Translations under genes and position numbers: made by a program
Origin: Syntrophobacterales bacterium
Lineage (GTDB): Bacteria > Desulfobacterota > Syntrophia > Syntrophales > UBA5619
Assembly (NCBI GenBank): GCA_019429105.1
Contig: JAHYJE010000013.1
Span: 4,193-68,192, forward strand
Direction: 5' to 3'
Length of the DNA stretch: 64,000 nt
Shown here: one piece after another, positions 9,857 through 18,151 of the stretch
How the letters are laid out: each line of letters begins with the position of its first letter
Position numbering within the stretch: position 1 is the stretch's first letter
The notes under the pieces: model-generated
What the model saw: only the letters and a program-made list of their open reading frames with translations
The model's database searches: none
Told to the model about the DNA's origin: nothing

Positions 9857-10753
9857 TTATCGGGGGGAGGTGTTTTTCTTACGCTCGTTCTTGTAATCGG
9901 CGTAAGGGAGAACGTATATTTCCTTCTGTTGCCAGAGGAGTTCCCTGTCCTTCAAGGCCTTCATGGTCTCCTCCGGATTCTGGACGCTGAGTTCCGTCAG
10001 CAGGGCGTTCACTAGGCTCATGGCTGCGGTAAAGGATTCGATGAAGGAATCAAGTCGGGAGTGGACCGGCAGGACCCAGTCCGCATTGCGGGCGAGGGGT
10101 GAGACGAGGGAGTCGGTGATGGCGCCGACCCGGGCGCCGTTTTCCTTGGCGTATTTCAGAACATCGATTGTCAGCTTCGTATATCTCGGAAAACTGATTC
10201 CGATGCTGAGATCCTCGGCGTCCAAGCCGTGGAGGGTATTCCAGATATCCCCGTAGCCTGGGATCACAGGCGTTGCCTGTTTTCCCAGGAAACGAAGATA
10301 AAGGGCCAGGACAAGAGCCGGGGCGTGGGCTCCGCGGAACCCCACGACATATATGCGTCGGGCGTTCTTCATATCGGTGACGGCCTGGTGGAACGTTTCC
10401 AGGGAGATATCCCGGAGGGTCTCGGAAAGGTTCTGGATGTCCTCCTTCATGATCTTCGTGAGGATGTCGCCGTTCATCTGGATGTTTTTAACGGTTTTTT
10501 CGAGTCGAGTGACTGTGGTCAGACGGTCCTGGAGTTTGGTGCGGAGCATTTGCTGTAATTTTGGATAACCGCCGAATCCCAGTACCTTTGCCAGCCGTAC
10601 GATGGTTGCTTCGCTGACAGCCGCCTTTTGGGCCAGTTTCGAGGCAGTCAGAAAGATCGACTCCTCGTAATGGTCCATGATGTACTGAGCCGCGTGTTTC
10701 TGGGCCTCGGTCAGTTGAATCCGGTTGTCTGCAAGAATGGAGTTGAGTGGCAT
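9857..10753 (-). CDS. RpiR/MurR-family transcriptional regulator (HTH + SIS domain)
   Basis: N-terminal HTH_6-like 'LASKLAQKAAVSEATIVRLAKVLGFGGYPKLQ'. C-terminal SIS-like 'RRIYVVGFRGAHAPA'. Confidence 0.85.
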   Translation of the reverse strand: MPLNSILADNRIQLTEAQKHAAQYIMDHYEESIFLTASKLAQKAAVSEATIVRLAKVLGFGGYPKLQQMLRTKLQDRLTTVTRLEKTVKNIQMNGDILTKIMKEDIQNLSETLRDISLETFHQAVTDMKNARRIYVVGFRGAHAPALVLALYLRFLGKQATPVIPGYGDIWNTLHGLDAEDLSIGISFPRYTKLTIDVLKYAKENGARVGAITDSLVSPLARNADWVLPVHSRLDSFIESFTAAMSLVNALLTELSVQNPEETMKALKDRELLWQQKEIYVLPYADYKNERKKNTSPR

Positions 10754-10789
10754 GAAATAACTCCTTCACTAAATGGTAGCTGTGAAGAA

Positions 10790-10818
10790 ATTATTTCATA
10801 ATCGAAACCGGGTGTCAA
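10790..10818 (-). promoter_or_regulatory. candidate sigma-70 promoter of the RpiR gene (TTGACA-N17-AATAAT), overlapped by two 17-bp direct repeats
   Basis: The minus strand reads TTGACAcccggtttcgattatgaAATAAT. The repeats GTGAAGAAATTATTTCA (10782-10798) and GTCAAGAAATAATTCAA (10814-10830) cover the -10 and -35 elements. Confidence 0.3.
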
Positions 10819-10848
10819 GAAATAATTCAAATAACTCAAAACATGAAA

Positions 10849-12738
10849 CTAAACCCAACGATCCGATTTTGATTTTGCCTCGTATTCCTCTCGCAAGGCA
10901 ATCTGGGTAGCCTCGGCGATATCTTCCACCCTTTTTACCCAATCCTCAAATTTGATATCAACGCCGAAGATTCCCACCATCTCGTCATTCTCATCGACAA
11001 TCGGGGAGGAAACCGTGATGCACAATGCCCCCGTCATCTTCGAGATATAGAAATTGGTGACATGGATTTTCCCCGTCTGCAGGGGTTTGATGAACCATTC
11101 GCGATCGGACTGGTCGGTCCCGACGCCGTAATTTTCGTATTTGGCGCGATCGGCGATATTGGTAATGTTCCTGGTCGTCTTGCGACCGTTCATATCGACG
11201 ACGTAGGCAAACTGAATCGAAGGATTTTCCTCGATAAACTGCTGCATCGCCGGTTCCTGAAGCTCCGGTTTCATGGTTTTCATGTCGGGATGCTCAATGA
11301 CCTGATTGACAACAGCAACCGCCGTTTGCGAGGCAATATGTTTGATCTTTTCCAGTTCGGACATGAAGAGTTCCGGAATGTATTTCTGCACGCGCCTTGC
11401 CAGTTCTTCATTGGAGATACTGGTCACCCGGCCCGATTCGTATTCATCGGTCACCCATTTATGGATGCGGGAAACGCCGGGGTGGCGTTTATCCACGGCA
11501 CTTTCTCCCTTCAATCCGATATGGGAGTTGATCCAGAAAGCAATCCCTGCCTTGCCGGACTTGTCCGTAACCATCGGCATAATTGGCCGTTTCAGCAGGG
11601 CTGCGGTATCGAAGATATTGTAAATCTCTTCGTTTTTAATCAAGCCGTCAATATGGACTCCGGCCCTTGTCACATTGAAATCGGAACCTACAAACGGGTA
11701 GTTCGAAGGGATTCTAACGCCTATCTCCTTTTCAAAATAGTTGGCGATATCGGTTATTGCGGTAGTATCTATGTCGTTCGCCTCTCCTTTCAAGGAGATG
11801 TATTCGATGATCAACCCCTCCACGGGAGAGTTGCCGGTGCGTTCACCCATCCCCAAAAGCGCACCGTTCGCGCCGCTGCAGCCGTATAGCCAGGCATGGG
11901 AGGCGTTGATCAGCCCCTTGTGAAAATCGTTGTGGCCGTGCCATTCCAGCAGATGTCCGGGAACGCCGGCATCTTCGATAAAGGCGCGAACGAGCTTGTC
12001 AACGCTGCGGGGCAATGAGGCGCCCGGATAGGAAACGCCGTATCCCATCGTGTCGCAGAGCCGCACCTTGATGTCTATGCCGCTTTCCTCACGGAGTTTC
12101 ATTAGTTCTATGGCAAAAGGGATTGCGAAACCATAGATGTCGGCACGGGTTATGTCCTCGAAATGGCAGCGCGGGATTATTCCCGCATCGAGAATGGACC
12201 GGACTACGGCCAGATAGTCGTCCAAAGCCTGCCGTCTGTTTTTGTTCAGCTTGAGAAAGATGTGATAGTCGGAAACCGAGGCCAGGATGCCGGTTTCCTT
12301 CAACCCCATCTCCTTGACCAGTTGAACGTCATCCGCGGCGGCCCGAATCCAGCCGGTAATTTCCGGAAATTGCAAACCGAGAGCGCGGCATTTATCTACA
12401 GCCTCGCGGTCCTTCGCGCTGTAGAGGAAAAACTCGGACTGGCGGATAACCCCGTTTGGCCCCCCCAGTTTGCCCATCAACGAATAGAGATCGACGATCT
12501 GCTTTACCGTATATGGGGGGCGCGCCTGCTGGCCGTCGCGAAACGTGGTGTCGGTTATGAAGATATCCTCTGCGGGATTGATCGGCAAAATCTTGTGGTC
12601 AAAGTCTATCCGGCATACCTCGCTGTAGGGAAAAACATCCTTCTGCAGGTTCGGCTCTGCAACATCCTTCAGGTCGAATTTCCAGAAATTGGTATGCTCG
12701 TGCTCCAAAACCCTTCTGTCTTTATTCCATTTAGCCAT
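10849..12738 (-). CDS. HMGL-type (DRE-TIM) Re-citrate / homocitrate / isopropylmalate synthase-like enzyme with a C-terminal Cache-like (PDC-fold) domain
   Basis: 'ITDTTFRDGQQ', 'HFEDITRAD', 'LCDTMGYG', 'EWHGHNDFH' and 'GMGERTGN' are HMGL-like catalytic motifs. The last ~170 aa, 'FAYVVDMNGRK...DQSDREWFIKPLQTGKIHVTNFYISKMTGALCITVSSPIVDENDEMVGIFGVDI', follow the Cache/PDC sensor pattern. No TM segment is present. Start at the ATG at 12738. Confidence 0.75.
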   Translation of the reverse strand: MAKWNKDRRVLEHEHTNFWKFDLKDVAEPNLQKDVFPYSEVCRIDFDHKILPINPAEDIFITDTTFRDGQQARPPYTVKQIVDLYSLMGKLGGPNGVIRQSEFFLYSAKDREAVDKCRALGLQFPEITGWIRAAADDVQLVKEMGLKETGILASVSDYHIFLKLNKNRRQALDDYLAVVRSILDAGIIPRCHFEDITRADIYGFAIPFAIELMKLREESGIDIKVRLCDTMGYGVSYPGASLPRSVDKLVRAFIEDAGVPGHLLEWHGHNDFHKGLINASHAWLYGCSGANGALLGMGERTGNSPVEGLIIEYISLKGEANDIDTTAITDIANYFEKEIGVRIPSNYPFVGSDFNVTRAGVHIDGLIKNEEIYNIFDTAALLKRPIMPMVTDKSGKAGIAFWINSHIGLKGESAVDKRHPGVSRIHKWVTDEYESGRVTSISNEELARRVQKYIPELFMSELEKIKHIASQTAVAVVNQVIEHPDMKTMKPELQEPAMQQFIEENPSIQFAYVVDMNGRKTTRNITNIADRAKYENYGVGTDQSDREWFIKPLQTGKIHVTNFYISKMTGALCITVSSPIVDENDEMVGIFGVDIKFEDWVKRVEDIAEATQIALREEYEAKSKSDRWV

Positions 12739-12786
12739 TTCCCACCCCTTTTTCTCTGTAATGTTGATCCAGCACCACAGCGCCAA

Positions 12787-12816
12787 ACAAAAAAGGCGCC
12801 CTTTCCGAAGGCGCCC
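12787..12816 (-). terminator. candidate intrinsic terminator/attenuator (GGCGCC stem, 9-nt loop, U6)
   Basis: The minus strand reads GGGCGCCuucggaaaGGGCGCCuuuuuug. It lies about 170 nt after the aspS stop and about 50 nt before the start of the HMGL gene. Confidence 0.45.
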
Positions 12817-12987
12817 TCTGTTTCCCTTCTCCTTGGTCGTTAACTGGAGGCGGGAAAAAAGAGCGCCGGCATCATCCTGTCGGCAACGTTTTGTCCAAGA
12901 CGCTGTTTTCCGTCAGTGTTCACTGCAATAAAAAAATATTTGCAATTCATAAAAAACCCGCAGTGCCGAAGAACCGTTAAATGAAGA

Positions 12988-14766
12988 CTACAAAACAATC
13001 TTTAAGGAGAGTTCCATAAGTTGCTCTATACTGACATGAGACGGGGCTTCTGTCAAGAGACAGGTTGCCTTTTGCGTCTTGGGAAAGGCGATGACATCCC
13101 GGATGGATTCCGCGCCGGTCATCAGCATCACCAGACGGTCAAGCCCGAAGGCGATCCCGCCGTGGGGAGGGGCGCCAAATTCGAGCGCGTCGAGGAGAAA
13201 GCCGAATTTGGAACGGGCGTTTTCCTCGCTCAGTCCCAGCGCCTTGAAGATCACGGATTGGACATCCTTCTGGTGAATCCGGATGCTTCCCCCGCCGATC
13301 TCGGAGCCGTTCAGCACCAGATCATAGGCGCGGGCGCGAACCTTTCCCGGTTCCGTCTCGATGTACTGCATGTCCTCGGCAACCGGAGCGGTAAAGGGAT
13401 GGTGCGTGGCCATGAATCTTTTTTCGGTGTCGCTGTATTCAAAAAGGGGAAAGTCGGTAACCCAGGTAAAGGCGAGGGCATCGGGAGCGATCAGGCCGAG
13501 CTTCTTCGCCAAATGGACGCGCAGGTTGCCGAGCGAGTCGCGGACAACGCCCGGCGAGTCGGCGACAAAGAGGATGACGGCGCCCTCTGCGGCTTCCATT
13601 TTCGTGTTTATGGACGCTACCTCCTGGGCTGTCAGGAATTTGAAGATCGGCGATGTCCAGCCCTCCGCAGTCACCCGCGCCCAGGCCAGTCCTCCCGCTC
13701 CATATCTGCCTACAAATTCCTTCAATTCATCGAGATCCTTGCGGGAGAGGCCCTTGCCGTCGTCAACCATGATCGCCTTGATTACACCGCCTGCGGCGGC
13801 TATCTCGGAAAAGAGCTTCAGCCCCGAATTCCTGAGGATATCGGTCAAGTCCCTCATCTCCATGCCGAAGCGCAGATCGGGATTATCCTTGCCGAAGCGG
13901 CTCATCGCGTCCTGATAGGAAATGCGGGGGAAGGGGAGAACGAGAGTTCGTCCCAGGCAGGAGCTGAAGAGGTGAACAATCAACCCCTCGATCAAACTGA
14001 TGATTTGTTCCTCCGTAATGAAGGACATCTCCACGTCGATCTGGGTGAATTCCGGCTGACGATCAGCCCGGAGATCCTCATCTCGGAAGCACTTAACGAT
14101 CTGGAAATACTTGTCAAATCCAGAAACCATCAACAACTGCTTGAAGAGTTGGGGCGACTGGGGCAGGGCGTAAAACATCCCCTGATTGACCCGGCTGGGA
14201 ACAAGGTAGTCCCGCGCCCCCTCTGGCGTGCTCTTGGTCAGAAACGGGGTTTCGATCTCGGTAAATCCATTGCGATTGAAATATTCGCGCGTTGCCATCG
14301 CGACGCGACTGCGCAGGATAAGGTTTTTTTGCATCTCCGGACGGCGGAGATCGAGATAGCGGTACTTGAGGCGAACATTCTCCGAGATCTCCGACGTCTG
14401 ATCAAGGACGAAGGGGGGTGTTTTTGATTCGTTGAGGATTTCGAGCTCGTCGGCAATCACCTCAATCTTTCCTGTTTTCAGCTCGGGATTCTCCATTCCT
14501 TCAGGGCGGTTGCGAACACGGCCATGGATTGCCAGGACAAATTCACTGCGGATTCGTCCCGCCTCCTGGTGGCAGGTCTCGCTGGTTTCCGGGTTGAAGA
14601 CAATTTGGGTTAACCCTTCCCGGTCCCGCAGGTCAATAAAGATGACGCCGCCGTGATCGCGCCGCCGGTGGGCCCATCCCATCAGGACAACTTCCTCGCC
14701 GGCCTGTTTCTCGTTCAAATCTCCGCAGTAATGCGTCCTTTTATATCGCATCATGAAATCTGACAA
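12988..14766 (-). CDS. aspS: aspartate--tRNA ligase
   Basis: 'THYCGDL', '[22 protein letters not shown]', '[18 protein letters not shown]', 'GGGSIRIH' and 'GLDRLVM' are class IIb motifs. TTG start at 14766 with GAGG 7 nt upstream. Confidence 0.95.
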   Translation of the reverse strand: MSDFMMRYKRTHYCGDLNEKQAGEEVVLMGWAHRRRDHGGVIFIDLRDREGLTQIVFNPETSETCHQEAGRIRSEFVLAIHGRVRNRPEGMENPELKTGKIEVIADELEILNESKTPPFVLDQTSEISENVRLKYRYLDLRRPEMQKNLILRSRVAMATREYFNRNGFTEIETPFLTKSTPEGARDYLVPSRVNQGMFYALPQSPQLFKQLLMVSGFDKYFQIVKCFRDEDLRADRQPEFTQIDVEMSFITEEQIISLIEGLIVHLFSSCLGRTLVLPFPRISYQDAMSRFGKDNPDLRFGMEMRDLTDILRNSGLKLFSEIAAAGGVIKAIMVDDGKGLSRKDLDELKEFVGRYGAGGLAWARVTAEGWTSPIFKFLTAQEVASINTKMEAAEGAVILFVADSPGVVRDSLGNLRVHLAKKLGLIAPDALAFTWVTDFPLFEYSDTEKRFMATHHPFTAPVAEDMQYIETEPGKVRARAYDLVLNGSEIGGGSIRIHQKDVQSVIFKALGLSEENARSKFGFLLDALEFGAPPHGGIAFGLDRLVMLMTGAESIRDVIAFPKTQKATCLLTEAPSHVSIEQLMELSLKIVL

Positions 14767-14771
14767 ATTAT

Positions 14772-16025
14772 CTACCTCGCTAATTTAATGATTGTTTCTT
14801 CCAAAATATCCAGGCTGGCTTCCTGTTGCACGCCCGTTTGCATATTGCGCACAGAGGCCTTCTTCTCGGCGATTTCCCGTTCGCCAAGAATCAGCGCGTA
14901 GCGGCATTTGAGCTTGTCAGCCTTCTTCATCTGGCTCTTCAGACTGCGGCCTGAATAGTCCATTTCGATCTGCAGTCCCCCCATCCGGAGACGATTGCAG
15001 ATGAAAAAGGCCTTTTTTAATGCCTCTTCGCCGACAGCCGCTATAAAAAGGAGGGGCGCATTTGCCTCTTCTTTTTCCGGAATCATCGCGACCAGCCGCT
15101 CAAAGCCGATCGCGAAACCGATCCCGGGGATATCGGGCCCGCCGAGATCCCGGACAAGGTGGTCATAGCGGCCACCGCCGACAACGGCGTTCTGTGCCCC
15201 AAGAAATTCCGTAGTGATTTCAAACGTTGTCCTGGTGTAATAATCGAGGCCCCGCACCATCTTCGGATTCAGCTTGAACGGCAGTGCGAAAAGAATGAGC
15301 GCTTCCTGAAGCGTTGAAAAATGATTCAGGCAATCGGCGCAGAGAAAATCGGGCAGCATCGGGGCTTCGGCGATGATTTTGGCGCAGCTTTCCACCTTGC
15401 AGTCAAAGACCCTGAGCGGATTGGTGGCCAGGCGGCGCTGGCAGTCGGGGCAGAGTTCCTTTTCCCGCCCCTGAAGAAAAGAGACGATCGCCTGCTGAAA
15501 AGCCGGGCGGCAATTGGGGCATCCGAGGGAATTGATCTCCAGAGAAATATTCTGAAGACCCAGTTTGTCAAGAAAATGCGTAAGCATCAAAATGAGTTCC
15601 GCATCGGTGCGCGGGTCGTCCGGGCCAAGAATCTCCGTATCGATCTGATGAAACTGGCGGTAACGCCCCTTTTGCGGTCTCTCCCGCCGGAACATGGGGC
15701 CGATCGTGTAGAGCTTTGTCACGCTTTCCGCGGCATGGAGGGAGTGCTCGAGATAGGCGCGAATGACGGAGGCGGTCGCCTCCGGACGCAGCGTGAGGGA
15801 TTCCTCGCCGCGGTCGATAAAGGTGTACATCTCTTTTTCCACGATATCGGTTGACTCACCGATGCCGCGGCGGAATAATTCCGTTTTTTCGAGCAGCGGA
15901 ACCCGAATCTCCCTGAAGCCGAAGGTACGGAAAACCTCGTGCGCCGTTTCTTCAACCCTTCGCCATTTATCCGTTTCCGGAGGAAGTATGTCTCTGAACC
16001 CTCTTACGGAATTTATCTTCTCCAT
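14772..16025 (-). CDS. hisS: histidine--tRNA ligase
   Basis: 'GFRDILP', 'LRPEATASV', '[17 protein letters not shown]', 'GGGRYD', 'GFAIGFERL'. Confidence 0.95.
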   Translation of the reverse strand: MEKINSVRGFRDILPPETDKWRRVEETAHEVFRTFGFREIRVPLLEKTELFRRGIGESTDIVEKEMYTFIDRGEESLTLRPEATASVIRAYLEHSLHAAESVTKLYTIGPMFRRERPQKGRYRQFHQIDTEILGPDDPRTDAELILMLTHFLDKLGLQNISLEINSLGCPNCRPAFQQAIVSFLQGREKELCPDCQRRLATNPLRVFDCKVESCAKIIAEAPMLPDFLCADCLNHFSTLQEALILFALPFKLNPKMVRGLDYYTRTTFEITTEFLGAQNAVVGGGRYDHLVRDLGGPDIPGIGFAIGFERLVAMIPEKEEANAPLLFIAAVGEEALKKAFFICNRLRMGGLQIEMDYSGRSLKSQMKKADKLKCRYALILGEREIAEKKASVRNMQTGVQQEASLDILEETIIKLAR

Positions 16026-16219
16026 AAAGCAAAACCCACCAGCATTTATTAATTTAAGACCGGAGCTGATAGCATAAACATCCGTTTAACGCAACAAAAA
16101 TGAAACCGTTTTGCTTGCCATATCATCAAGGCAATCAAGTCTCCCTGCAAAATTCAGAAAAATAGCTTGAAGAGTGAACCTATTATTGATAGCATCAACA
16201 TGGTGAAAAGGTGGATGCC

Positions 16220-16669
16220 ATGCGGGCGGTATTGCAAAGGGTTGAATCGGCAAGTGTAACTGTAAGTAATCGATTAATATCGAAAATAGGAAAGGGAATA
16301 TTAGTATTTCTCGGCATTGAGCTGGGCGACAGTGAAGCTGACGCGGATTATCTTCTGGAAAAAATCATTAACCTCCGCATCTTTGAGGACGAAACGGGGA
16401 AAATGAACCTTTCCCTGCTCGACATGGATGCCGAGCTGCTCGTTGTTTCCCAGTTTACGCTGCTTGGCGATTGCCGGAAGGGCAGAAGACCCTCCTTCAC
16501 AAATGCCGCGCGACCGGAACAGGCGCGCCCCCTGTATGACCACCTGGTGTCTCAGGCAAAAAAACAAGTGCGTTTTGTCGCCGCGGGAGAATTTCAGGCC
16601 ATGATGACGGTCGTAATAGCCAATGACGGACCGGTCACAATGCTTTTGGACAGTAAACGATTTTTTTAA
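16220..16669 (+). CDS. dtd: D-aminoacyl-tRNA deacylase
   Basis: 'MRAVLQRV..ASV', 'GILVFLGI', 'LLVVSQFTL' and 'GRRPSF' form the Dtd pattern. ATG at 16220 follows AAGGTGG. Confidence 0.9.
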   Translation: MRAVLQRVESASVTVSNRLISKIGKGILVFLGIELGDSEADADYLLEKIINLRIFEDETGKMNLSLLDMDAELLVVSQFTLLGDCRKGRRPSFTNAARPEQARPLYDHLVSQAKKQVRFVAAGEFQAMMTVVIANDGPVTMLLDSKRFF

Positions 16670-16684
16670 TAAACTGGAGGTCTT

Positions 16685-18148
16685 ATGTTAGATGATACCG
16701 TAGTTGACGCATATACGTTCGATGATCTGTTGCTGGTACCGGCGGAATCGAGCGTTCTGCCGCGTGATATTGATGGCGCAACTTTTTTAACAAATAATAT
16801 CAGGCTTAATATCCCGATAATCAGCGCGGCGATGGATACCGTGACCGAATCCAGAACGGCGATCAGTCTGGCCCAGGAGGGGGGAATCGGAATCATCCAC
16901 AGAAACATGAGCATTGAAAGGCAGGTTGTCGAGGTTGACAAGGTCAAAAAGTCGGAAAGCGGAATGATTGTCGATCCGATCACCATTGAACCGGGGCGCA
17001 AGGTCAGGGATGCCCTGGCGCTGATGAATCAATACCGGATATCCGGCGTTCCGGTTGTTAAAAACAAGGTGCTGGTCGGCATATTGACGAACCGCGATTT
17101 ACGTTTTGAAACCGATCTTGATCAATCCGTTGCCGATGTCATGACAAAGGATAATCTGGTAACGGTTCCCTACACCAATATTTCCCTGGAGGATTCGAAA
17201 AAACTCCTCCATAAACACCGCATTGAAAAACTCCTGGTCGTTGATGAAAACTACAATCTCAAAGGTCTGATTACGATCAAGGATATCGAAAAGATAAAGA
17301 AATATCCCCTTGCCTGCAAGGATCCGCTGGGAAGACTGCGGGTCGGGGCGGCAGTCGGCATCGTCGATCGCGAAGAGCGGATTACCGCTCTCTTGGCAGC
17401 CGGGGCAGACGTAATTGTAATAGATACCTCGCATGGCCACTCTTCCGGTGTTCTGGATGCCGTTCGGGACACGAAGAGAAATTTCCCTCAATGCGAACTT
17501 ATTGCCGGAAACATCGCCACCTCCGAGGGCGCCCTGGCTCTGATAAAAGCAGGGGTTGACGCCGTCAAGGTCGGGGTCGGCCCCGGGTCCATCTGCACCA
17601 CAAGAATAATAGCCGGGGTGGGTGTTCCCCAGATGAGCGCGATTCGCGACGCCTACAAGATTGGCAATGAGTACAATATTCCGATTATTGCCGATGGGGG
17701 GATCAAGTATTCCGGCGATATCGTCAAGGCGCTTGCGGCAGGCGCACAAACGGTAATGATTGGAAGTTTTTTTGCGGGAACCGAGGAAAGTCCCGGCGAA
17801 ACTGTGCTTTTTCAAGGGCGCAGTTACAAGGTCTATCGCGGGATGGGCTCCCTGGAGGCCATGAAGATGGGAAGCAAGGACCGCTACTATCAGGATGATC
17901 TGGAGAGCAACGCGAAGCTTGTCCCGGAGGGAATCGAAGGACGGGTTCCCTATCGCGGTTCAATCTCGGCCGGCATCCACCAGTTGCTCGGAGGGATAAA
18001 GGCGGGCATGGGCTATGTCGGCTGTCGCACGATAGGCGAATTGCACCAGAAGGCCAGATTTGTGAAAATTACCACGGCGGGACTTCGGGAAAGTCATGTG
18101 CATGACGTCATCATAACCAAAGAAGCGCCCAACTACTGGCTGGATTGA
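16685..18148 (+). CDS. guaB: IMP dehydrogenase (with CBS pair)
   Basis: '[10 protein letters not shown]', '[11 protein letters not shown]', 'GIIHRN', '[14 protein letters not shown]', '[11 protein letters not shown]', 'GMGS..AM'. Confidence 0.95.
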   Translation: MLDDTVVDAYTFDDLLLVPAESSVLPRDIDGATFLTNNIRLNIPIISAAMDTVTESRTAISLAQEGGIGIIHRNMSIERQVVEVDKVKKSESGMIVDPITIEPGRKVRDALALMNQYRISGVPVVKNKVLVGILTNRDLRFETDLDQSVADVMTKDNLVTVPYTNISLEDSKKLLHKHRIEKLLVVDENYNLKGLITIKDIEKIKKYPLACKDPLGRLRVGAAVGIVDREERITALLAAGADVIVIDTSHGHSSGVLDAVRDTKRNFPQCELIAGNIATSEGALALIKAGVDAVKVGVGPGSICTTRIIAGVGVPQMSAIRDAYKIGNEYNIPIIADGGIKYSGDIVKALAAGAQTVMIGSFFAGTEESPGETVLFQGRSYKVYRGMGSLEAMKMGSKDRYYQDDLESNAKLVPEGIEGRVPYRGSISAGIHQLLGGIKAGMGYVGCRTIGELHQKARFVKITTAGLRESHVHDVIITKEAPNYWLD

Positions 18149-18151
18149 GCA

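Noticed and set aside
12840-12950. A 36-aa minus-strand ORF (MNCKYFFIAVNTDGKQRLGQNVADRMMPALFFPASS*) in the aspS/HMGL spacer.
   Set aside because: It has no ribosome-binding site and no recognisable motif, and it lies in an AT-rich region where short ORFs arise by chance.
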